Positions 1 to 9,761 of a stretch of 64,000 nucleotides of DNA are shown here, piece by piece. This DNA comes from Vitrella brassicaformis CCMP3155 (lineage: Eukaryota > Protista > Chromerida). How positions within the stretch are numbered: the stretch's first letter is position 1; each line of letters begins with the position of its first letter. The stretch spans positions 49,259 through 113,258 of the forward strand of contig CDMY01000340.1 in the NCBI GenBank assembly GCA_001179505.1, read 5' to 3'. A program made the position numbers and the translations under genes. The notes under the pieces are model-generated. The model was not told the origin of the DNA, searched no databases, and saw nothing but the letters and a program-made list of their open reading frames with translations.

Positions 1-14
1 GTGGCGGTCAGACG

Positions 15-1673
15 GTGGTGTGGGGCATGGGCAAGGACGAGGTGCTCGTGCAGCGACCACCTGGCCTGGTCGCCACATCCCCTCCACCCCTCCACTCGCC
101 ACAGAACGTCCTCTCTCTCGAGTCACTGCTGGCGGGGCGGTCGATGGCCGGGACTGAGCAGGCGGCAGAGGAGTACCAGCGTCGGATGAAGGGACCCACA
201 TCGGCCGAGACCCTCCCAGTCGCATCGCACGTGTCATCTCCCCCTCTGGGCGACATCGACGTCATGAGCCCCCAGTCGCTGCCCGGCGAGCAGGCAAGCG
301 GCGGCGCGGAGGGGCCGCCCCCCTACTCGCCCCCCCTGGCTGATGCCAATCCCATCGAGGTGGTGTCCTTGCCGCTGTTGCACGACCTGCTGGCACAGGA
401 GGGCAAGAAGAACGAGGCGGCCGTCACCAGCGGCGTCAGCCCATCGGTGGCCGAGCAATCGGTCAGCCGCAGCGCAAGCCACACGTCCGCCACGCGGGAC
501 AGCTCTCGTCGCGGGCTGTCGGAGACGTCCCTTCCTGCCGTGCCCGAGGGCGAGCTCGAGAAGCAGATGATGCAGAAGCAGCTCAGCAAGAAGGAACATG
601 CCGCCGCCAAGAGCCGATCGCTCGACACGCTGGAGCTCGCCGAGAAGGCCGACATCGAGGCACTCAACCGTGTGGTCATCGAGAAGCTCAGCGGCGGCCT
701 GCAGGTTGGGACGGAGGGGCCAGTGGACATCTACGCGTCGTTGGCGAGTGTGCTGAGCCGCATCAAGCGGGCTAAACGCCACGAATTTTTGAAGCGAAGA
801 ATGATGCGCTTCCTGGCTGCTGGGTCTTCGGAGGGCATCATCAACCACACCGTCCACATCGACGACATGCCGCTCTTCGTCACCGGTGACGCCGTCGCGT
901 GGCCCATCACACGCCTCCTCAAGTCGGCGGCCAAGGCCGAGGGCATGCCGGCATTCGATGCGCCATCGCTCGCCCAGTACCGCTTCGCCGACCACGAGCT
1001 CGAGGACCGGCTGTCCCCTTCTCTGGCTCTGGTTCCCGACAGCAGCGTGAGCGTCAAGTCAGTCAGCGAGCTGTTCCGCGGTGTGCTGGTGTGGACGAGT
1101 GCCATGGCCATCGTTGGCCGCATCGAATGGCACGAGGCGCACCAGTACATGCAGCAGCTGACCGACATCCTCCTCAAGAGCCCGCCGTCGCCTGACCCCA
1201 CCGTGGTGTGCCTGTACTACGACCAGTTCTTCAGGTCGCAGGCCGGCCTCGCCGCGCCGCTCGACCCGGAGACCGACTTCCACTCCACACCCATGCCAAC
1301 GCAGACGTGGACAACGGTGTCGCAGGAGCTGCTCAGACACGCACACAAGAAGGCGGCGGCCGTGGCGGCAGACAGCGAGAGGGCGGCAGCACCAGCAGCA
1401 GCGGCAGCGGCTCCCTCCATCTCGTCCGGCGACAACCGCTCGTCCACGCAGACGTCTCCCGTAGCGTCCCTATCAGCCGGCCGGGATGCCCTGGCACTGG
1501 CAACGGAAGTGGCGACAGAGATAGCAGCCGAGTCAGCAGCAGCGGCGGCGGAGGAGCCGACCAAGGCCGACCCGTCGCCGACTGAGGCTGAGGAGGCCAT
1601 CGAGGCAGCGAGAGGTGACGAGGCGGGCGAGGTGGAGGGCGACAGCGTTGTCGAGGACGACGACGACATGTAG
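15..1673 (+). CDS. Protein of unknown function; frame is open from the window edge, so probably the last exon of a gene starting upstream. Low-complexity Ser/Pro/Ala/acidic flanks around a helical core (about 560-1340).
   Basis: 552-codon uninterrupted ORF with GC3-rich codons and no microsatellites, followed by typical non-coding microsatellite sequence after TAG at 1671-1673. No confident family assignment. Confidence 0.8.
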   Translation: MVWGMGKDEVLVQRPPGLVATSPPPLHSPQNVLSLESLLAGRSMAGTEQAAEEYQRRMKGPTSAETLPVASHVSSPPLGDIDVMSPQSLPGEQASGGAEGPPPYSPPLADANPIEVVSLPLLHDLLAQEGKKNEAAVTSGVSPSVAEQSVSRSASHTSATRDSSRRGLSETSLPAVPEGELEKQMMQKQLSKKEHAAAKSRSLDTLELAEKADIEALNRVVIEKLSGGLQVGTEGPVDIYASLASVLSRIKRAKRHEFLKRRMMRFLAAGSSEGIINHTVHIDDMPLFVTGDAVAWPITRLLKSAAKAEGMPAFDAPSLAQYRFADHELEDRLSPSLALVPDSSVSVKSVSELFRGVLVWTSAMAIVGRIEWHEAHQYMQQLTDILLKSPPSPDPTVVCLYYDQFFRSQAGLAAPLDPETDFHSTPMPTQTWTTVSQELLRHAHKKAAAVAADSERAAAPAAAAAAPSISSGDNRSSTQTSPVASLSAGRDALALATEVATEIAAESAAAAAEEPTKADPSPTEAEEAIEAARGDEAGEVEGDSVVEDDDDM

Positions 1674-2036
1674 ACTGACACACAACCAAGGGAGGGCGGG
1701 AGGAAGGGATGGGTGGGTGGGTAGGTTGGTAGGTGGTAGGCTGTACCTTAGTGGTGTTGAGGTTTGTAGCCGGCTTTGGTCTGAGGTGTAATTGAGCCAG
1801 TCACTCGATCAGAGCGGACGGGGCGGGGGGGAAAGGGGCGGCTGTTGGCACATATCCAGGTTGTGTCGTGTGGTGTGTGTAGCCGGGCCGGTCGTGGAGA
1901 GTGATGATTGACTGTTTGCTCGTGTGCTGTCAGTCAGTCATCTGTCTGTTGCTTCATTGCCTGTGTTTGCTGCTTGTGTCTCGGTCGAGCCAGCGGTCGG
2001 TTGTTGACTCACTCATTCATCCATCCATCCATCGCT

Positions 2037-2054
2037 CGATCGATCGATCGATCG
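2037..2054. repeat. Self-complementary (CGAT)n microsatellite; representative of the many short tetranucleotide and dinucleotide repeats in non-coding DNA
   Basis: cgatcgatcgatcgatcg read directly. (GTCT)n, (ATCC)n, (CA)n, (GACT)n and (TGTGG)n are abundant throughout introns and intergenic DNA. Confidence 0.9.
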
Positions 2055-5000
2055 CTTGGCTAGACGAGACGAGCGAGGGGTGCGTTAAGGGCCACGATCG
2101 ACGTACGTATACACACCCACAGATACACGTACAGCCAGGATTGTCTCGTCTTGTTGTGTCGAACAGCCATGGTGTGATTTCTGATGTATCGTGTGGCGTG
2201 GCAGGCCGGTGGGGTCCGTCCGTCATCCGTCCGTCCGTCCGTACTCGTTGCCTTTTTCTCTTATTTCTCTTGGTCCGTCAAGCTAGCCAGCCAGGTAGGT
2301 GTACATACGTATGTCATATCGGTAGTGCCTGCCTGCCTCCCTGCCTGCAGTGTGCCTGCCTGCTGCCGTGTTGTTTGCCCGCCCGCCAGCTGGTGTTTGT
2401 GTGTGTCTTGTGCCTGTCTGTCTGTATATCGCTGCGGTCGTCGTTTGTTTGGCTGCCCGACCAGCCAGCACACTGCACGCCTGCACACATACGTACGGTA
2501 CGTGAACACATACAAACATACATCGTGGGTGACTGACTTGCGTGGGTACCATGGATGGGATGGCACACTCATACCATGCCTCGCTTGTTTGGCCTTTGTA
2601 TGCATGCACCGCACCCTGTGCGCATGGTGCTGCTGGCTTGGTCGTTGTTGGTCAGTTGGTTTGTTGTCTTGTCAGTTCGTCCGTCCGTCTGTCTGTCCGT
2701 CTATGAGAGCGTCTGTCTGTCCGTCCGTGTCTATCTATCTTTCGTCACATCGTGGAACCCAACACGTTCACATCCATACATCCATCCAAGATACATGCGG
2801 TTGTCCGTTTGTTGCCACTAACTGCTTGCTGTATATTTTCTTGCTGCTTATTAAGTGACTGAGTGACTGAAGTGAGTGAAGTGAGTGTCTGCATGCATGC
2901 GTGCTTGCGTGCATAGGTTTGTACCTATCTATCCATTCAGTCCGTCAGTCAGTCAGTCGACCCATTTCTTCATTGGTTGGTTTGTCGTCTCCGTGTCCGT
3001 GCAGTGCACCCGCCTCATTCACTCGCCAGATTGAATGACGCTGGCATGCCTGCGCGGTAGAACACCCCCCGCCCACCACGACGGCCGCACCGCACCGCAC
3101 CGCACCCGTGGCAAGCACAGCCCTTCCTCAGTTGTGTCTTGTCATTCATGCGATGCCGTGCTGTGTTGCCCGAGTGGCGTGGCGGGCGTGCAGTGTTCTT
3201 ACATACATACCGACTGGCGGGCGGGGTTTGCGGTGCCGCCGCGTCCCCCTGCCGTCGCCGCCCACGGTTTTGCTCACTCTTCTGTCTGTCGGGACTGTTC
3301 TTCGGTCATGGTGAGTGACGTGCTCTGAAATGCTATGCATAGCTATGATATCTCATGCAGACGTACATGATGATGCATGGAATTTGTTGGCGGATGATGG
3401 GTTTGTGAGGAGGGAGGGGAGGGGAGGGGATGGACTGACTGACTCGTTCATGGGTCCATACATACATACACGCATTACCCATTCAATCAGCAGTTGTTTG
3501 CTCGAGAGGAGTCTGAACATCGGCTGGCTGGTTTGGCTGCCAGGCGGCAGGGGAGGGGGGGCGGGGCGAGGGTGTGGCATTTCATTTCTTTGCAGAGGCT
3601 GAGTACTACTGGCTGGCTGGCTTGCTGACCAACTACCTAAGCAGTGCTCTGCACCTGCCCTTTCAATTGCAGGCAGACCCACCACCCCCATACACACACA
3701 CACACTCACACACACACGAGAATGGTGCAAATGGCGCTCCACGTCTACGTCTTGCGTGCCACACTCACTGGCCTGCATACGCCTGTGCACAGGTAGGTAC
3801 ACACCCACTGTTTATACCACAGGTGCACCCACTTCTGCCTCCCACTGACTCATTGTAACTCACGGCGTTTTGTGCCGATGATCGGTGCCGACCAGACCAC
3901 CAACAAGCAGGCAGGCAGGCTGGGCTGGGCTGGGCGATATCACATCCGATTCATACGCACACTGTGGGTGCTCACATACATGGCCTGTCTGGCCACCATG
4001 GATGAGCCGCCTGTCAGTCAGACGTCTGAGTGAGAAGCCACCCCATCCAATCCACGCCACACACGCACACGTGCACGAGAATTAAAGCCACGCTGCTGCG
4101 TCAGGTCAAGCAGGTGGGAATTTGATGACACACAGAGACAGAGACATGGACAGAGAGGTGTGAGCGAGACTATCCTACTCTCCTTGTGTGGAGTGTTGTG
4201 TTGTGTTATGGCGGTGTCACTACTTGCTGCTTTGCTATTCCATTTTCCATCAACCGCGTCTTCACTGCAGAGCCTTCTCCCGCAGAAGGTCAGCGAAGCG
4301 CGGCGCCTGCGTGCGTACCGAAAAGCCGTCTGACCTCTTTGTTGCTGCTGCGTGTGCTGCCTGGGTTGTGTTGGGTCGTGGGGTGGTGTGGTGTGGTGTG
4401 CGCGCGGTGCGGTGCAGTGACATGACGTGATCTCTTTCGGTGAGTACCCAGCTGCGTGTGCACATAACGGCAGGCAGGCAGGCAAGAGAGAGAGAGAGAG
4501 GTCGGCAGGCAGACAGACAGACAACCATGTCAGTCAGTCGGATTTAAGGCATACACCACTCACTGACTCGCCAATCATTACACTCACTACTACCTCCTAC
4601 CCTACTGGCTGGTCCTACTACTACTGCTATGCTATCGTGCAGGCACTCTCTCCCTGTCTGTCTGTCTGTGTCAGTCATGTGTTTACCCGGCTGTGTGCAC
4701 GTCACGCCCACGAATCAAATCAATCAATCACGTGAGTCCATATGGTCAGGGGGAGGGTGGGTGAGGGGTGGGCATGCACACATACCGACTACTCTACTCT
4801 CGATGGCAGGCACTTTTCCCCTAAACACTTGCTGCGAGCGTGCTTCGTCTTTTTCGATAGAAGTGCTTCACTCCTACATACATACATACCCGTTGCTAAC
4901 GTGACGTGCGTGCGTGGGACACACACGACAGCATCTGTCATTCGGCGGCCGTATGGGCATTTCAAAAGTCAGTCAAGTGTTCTTGCCTGTTATCGTGGTG

Positions 5001-7341
5001 TCCTGTTGTGTTGTGTTAATTTCCTCCAGCGAACCAGTCAGTGTGTGTGCGTTGCGTAGCTAGCTAGGTCCCTTTCGCTCCTTGTTTGTTTTGCCCACCT
5101 GCTGTGTTTGCTGTGTGAGGGGGCTCAGTGAGCGGCCAAAGGGCATTATTCTGTGCGTCTGTCTGTCTGTCCGTGTGTCTGTCTGTGCGCCTGTCCACCT
5201 CTTTGTGTGTGGAGTCAACTAACTGCGTGAGAGGAAGTCGATCGAGCGTTTCTTTCTTCTTTGTCTCTGTGTTGTTGTTGTTGTTGTTGGTATGTTTGTC
5301 CGTGTGGCCGTCTGTCTGCCTGTCTGTCTGCCTGTCTGTGTGCGTGTGTATCGTGTGTGCGTGCGCAGTGGTGTGCTGCAAGTTTTTAGTCCACAGTCAG
5401 TCAGCTGGCTCTCGGCCGCCAGACAGCTGGTGAGTGCGTTGTGTTGTTTGATTTTCTGTTGCTGTCAGTGCACTGCCTTGTGTTGTGTTGTGTGTGGTCC
5501 GTATGCTCTCCCTCTCCCTTTCCATGCCATGCAAGCCAGCTCAGCTCGCTTAACAAGTGTCTTCTGTCTAGGTGAGTGTGTGTGTGTGTGTGCGAGAGGT
5601 AACACCTCCCGAGCCACGCATCCCTCCCTCTCCCTCGTGCTTGCACTGGGCTCACTCCGTGGACGTGACGGGCCGTGTCTTTGCATGTTATCTTATGCTA
5701 TGTACGTGTGTCGAGTCGGCTCACTCACTCCTTCACTTACTCATCGCCAGCCAGCGCCTTTGTTCGTTCGGCTGAATGAGGTGGTGCGGGTGGGTGGGTG
5801 GTGTACGTGCGCATGTAGGTAGGTAGGTAGATTGCATCCTCCTTTCGTCCCTCTGTGGCTCTCCTCTCTCCTCTTGTCGCTCGCTTTGTGGTATTTTTGC
5901 AATCAACAGAATGGAAGGATCGATGGACCATCGATCCATCGATGGATCGGTCGATGGTCCGTCGACAACCCCAACACGCAGGGCGTGCAGTTGCAGTGCG
6001 GTGCACACAGACAGACGTCTGGGCAAGCAGGCTGGCCGTTCTATGTGGTGCTGTGCTGCTGCTGTCCGTCTGCGTGTCTCTATGTCGTCTGGACAAGACA
6101 AGACATATTAAACCAACGTACGTACACCTGTCTGATGGATGCATGTGGCTCATGCAGCGTGTTGGTGAATTAAGTGGTCTGATGTGGTGGTGTGGTGTGG
6201 TGTGGTGTGATGGGTGTCTGATGGCATGTCTATATGGCATGTGGTGCCTCCCTCGTCTTCTCGTGCACGAACCACACACGCCCGTGGTGGGTGGGTGGAC
6301 GTCTGTGTTGTACGTGTTCCCCATTCATTGTGTGACGGTGTTGTGTATGTGCCGCGCCATTTTCGAAAAGAATTACCGAATTGTATGTGTCTGTCTGTCC
6401 GCCCCCGTGCGGTCTGAGTACTTTTGCAGATTGATTAACGTACGTATTCGCCACACACACGGATTCAGTCAGCTGCGCATGCTTGCAATGCACGCCACGA
6501 ATTGAGTGACTTACTGGTGGGAGTCTGTCTCGTTTTGGCTGCCTCACTCAGCACACAGTAAGTAACAGCACACACACACACAGCGGATTCATATGTATGC
6601 AGAGCTAGCGAGGGGGGGATATCGACGTGACCGACAGACTTACTGACACCACACGGCACGGCATGGCATGGCATGGACGCATACAGACGAGACGAAGGAG
6701 GTAGGTAGTTTCCTCATTCTGGTTCCTTCCTAAATCCCGTTTCTGTCATTTGAGGGGCAAAGGGGCCCGGCCGTGGGTCGCAGTGCAGTGCAGCCACGGC
6801 CAGCCAGGCAGTCAAGTCAGTCAGTCGAGTGCCCTCTGCTTGCCGGCATGCATAACTGTCCACATGTGGGCACGTCATGCGAGTTTGTGAGCCGCCTGGG
6901 GTGGTGGTGGGGTGACTGGGCGTCTTCTGTACGGCTCCGTGCAGTTCAGCCAGCAGTGTGCGTGTGCACTCACCTTGGTGGTCCTGTCTGTGATGGCATG
7001 CATGATGGATGGATGCTCGACAGACAGTCAGTGTGACACTCAACTAACCACTCATTGGAATGCACACATACGTACGTACGTGTATCCAACTCAGCAACTC
7101 CATCTCTTCTTTCTTGTCGTACCAAATTGAACAAGGGGTGGCAGACAGGGACTGACGTCAGACACTGGACTGTGGGGTTCTCACGAGTGAGTGCGATTCC
7201 ATCCATCGGTGCAGTCAGTGTCATCATCATGCAATGGACAGCGCCTGCCCACGGCCCAGTCGGTCCAGGACCATACCATTTGATCTCAGGATTTTCACTC
7301 CACTGACTGTCAGGTAGGTCACGTCACCCGTCCGAACGTCG

Positions 7342-7371
7342 ATGTCTCCTCCCAACATGTCTCCTCCCAAC
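7342..7371 (+). repeat. 15-bp perfect tandem duplication
   Basis: atgtctcctcccaac twice. Confidence 0.9.
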
Positions 7372-8016
7372 ATGCACACCCATCTATCTCATCCACCCGC
7401 TGCCCCCGTCGGTCTGTCTGCATCGATCGCATAGACAGATGGATGTGGCATGCACATGTCGAAAGAGAATTCCCACAACCGACGACAAACTTAGTCAGGT
7501 CGATAAAACCTCACACACTCACCTTGTAGCACAGGCACACACCTAGCACAACTCAACTACTCATCCATTCACTCCTTCCGCCCCCCCGTCACCAGCCTGT
7601 CCGTGCGTCTGCGTGACACGCGCACACCTCACGTCAAAGCCGCCACCCAACCGATCCACACACTCGAAGCAGAAGTCTGGCCAATCGCCCGTCTTCCAGT
7701 CCGTCGACGGCCAGCATGACGTCCGCCCAGTCAGGTCGGATGAGACCCACCAGCCTCATGCACGACAGGGCAGGCAACCAGGTGTATTGTACAGACACAG
7801 CTAGATAGGTCGTCGGATCGGCTTTATCGCATTGTCTGTCTGTCTCCCCATTTGAGCAGCGGCATTTCTAACTAACGCGCCAGTCATTTGCAGCCAGTCC
7901 TCGCTCGACAACGTATGCACAGCGGCCACAACAACATATCCACCTCGCCGTATCAGCACCGCTCCCTTCCAAGCCCAGGCCTTCTCCTGCTTGGGGCTGA
8001 TCTGCATGGGACGAGC

Positions 8017-9624
8017 TCAGGTGGGCTGCCGGCGATTGTCATCATATTCGCTCTCCAGTTCCTGCAAGCATGAAGGCATTGATTGGATTGCATGCCATGC
8101 GCCACGTCCATGTGCCGTCCGTCGTGGGGTTGGTAGCTCAGCTGACTGAGTGCTGCATGTCTTATGTGCTGACTGACTGACTGACTGACTCACCCTGAGC
8201 ACCCCGATGGGTATCTTTATCGACAGAGCCGTCTGCACAAGAGCCTCGGCCTGACGCGCACACACACACACACACAGAGCATTCGAATGTGTCGTCGTGA
8301 GCATGGCATGAGTGTCTGACCTTGAGTGTGGTGGGTGAGCACTTGAGGCGGTGCAGGATGGCCTCGAAGGACTCCTTGAACAGCTCATCTGCACCACACA
8401 GACAGACAGACAGGCAGGCAGCCGTCAACCATCGACGGATCGACCAATGCACCCACCCGGAGGCTCTGTGTGTGTCGGCTCGGCTCGGCTGCTGACCTTG
8501 TTGGAGGGTGACGGTGGCCAGGGCGACTCGAAATACGATCTTGATGCCCTCCGCCAGGAAGATGTCCCACACACGCACCATCACCTGCACACACACAGAT
8601 GCACACACACAGCCACGGGGGTGCGGTGCAATGGTGGGTGCATCATAAATGTCGGTCTGTTGTGTGTTCCCTCTGTGTGTGACCTCGAAAGGGAAGTTGT
8701 ATGTGAAGACGGTCATGAACCACTGGGACGCATACATGGTCGCGTCGACATTCTCGGCGCGCTACACACCACACGTACAACATACAGACAACAGCAGGGA
8801 GGGACATGGTTGATGGTGTCTGTCTGCCATGCCCACCAGGTGGTCGTGCAGGCGCGGCATGTGGGCCTGCAACAGGCGCTGGAACTGACACCCACACAGA
8901 CAGATGGGAACGAGACACACGGTGGTGAATTGATGATCATCTCTTGTCAGTGTATGTGTGACCTGGTAAAAGTACTTGTCCAGCAGAGGCAGCCCGGGGC
9001 GGCTGTGCTTGCTGTGCTGACCCGAGCCCCGATCTCTCTCTGAAGAGTAAGTGTTTGGGGAAGGTGCGGCTGATGTCACGCGAGATGTCACCCTCACACA
9101 CAGCCTCGGGCTCGCGAAGCAGACGCTGAATGACGCCGACACACAGACGTATACACACGCGCGTCTGCGTGTCTGCTTGTCTGTCTGTCCGGTGACCTGA
9201 TAGAGTCCCTCAGGGTGTTTGTTGAAGAGGTTCCGCGAGGCTGCCAGCTTCTGCCACACAAAGCCGCGGAGGCAATCGGGGACGCCGTGACGGATCTTCT
9301 GCTTCAACTGCCAAGGCCAGATCACACACAAGGAACACACAAGCAATGCACTGCGATGGATGGATGGATGGATGCCGCCTCTCCACCCACCAGATCTCTG
9401 TTGTTTGTGCGGAATCTGTCGATGTCGATGCAGATAACCCGCCATTGGTGCAGGGACCGCAGATCATTGCGGTACTTCCACCCCTCGCCGCCCGACTGAG
9501 CCCTCTCCGCCGTCTCGGCCGGGAAGGAAGGAGCCGTCAGTGTGTCCAGCTCGCTGCGTGATTCATCATCTTCAGATGCTCCTTCGTCTGAAGGGACTGC
9601 TGCAGTCCGCATCTCACGCCGCAT
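8017..9624 (-). CDS. TBC-domain Rab GTPase-activating protein (EVI5/GYP5-like), multi-exon; apparently lacks the YxQ Gln-finger segment
   Basis: Joined exons give LKQKIRHGVPDCLRGFVWQKL, EGDISRDISRTFPKH (IxxDxxR Arg finger), RPGLPLLDKYFYQFQRLL, MYASQWFMTVFTYNFPFE and VMVRVWDIFLAEGIKIVFRVAL, all hallmark TBC blocks. Stop TGA at 8017-8019; start ATG at 9624 or 9612. Confidence 0.88.
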
Positions 9625-9761
9625 TTCGGTCCGACCTCCTCGCTTAGCTCGCGGGGTGCAGGGTTTGAAACCCTGAAAAAGGAAACCCTGAAGCAATTTT
9701 TGAGGAAAGTGAAAGTGAGAGCGGTGATTGGGTGTAGCTGCTACTGAAGTGAAGCAGAGGA
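9625..9761. promoter_or_regulatory. Putative bidirectional promoter between the TBC gene (-) and PGM3 (+)
   Basis: 137 bp between divergent start codons; AT-richer than flanks; contains the inverted repeat CAGGGTTT-G-AAACCCTG (9659-9675) and a further AAACCCTG (9683-9690). Confidence 0.5.

Noticed and set aside
234-995. Long antisense ORFs over real genes (e.g. 234-995, 9816-10361, 10482-11180, 39057-39875, 41425-42120, 42490-43002)
   Set aside because: Shadow frames of GC3-rich coding sequence; no motifs or splice logic of their own.
1901-7306. Numerous 60-220-aa ORFs rich in CVCV, SVCL, HTHT and TDRQ
   Set aside because: Translations of (GT)n, (GTCT)n and (CA)n microsatellites, not proteins.
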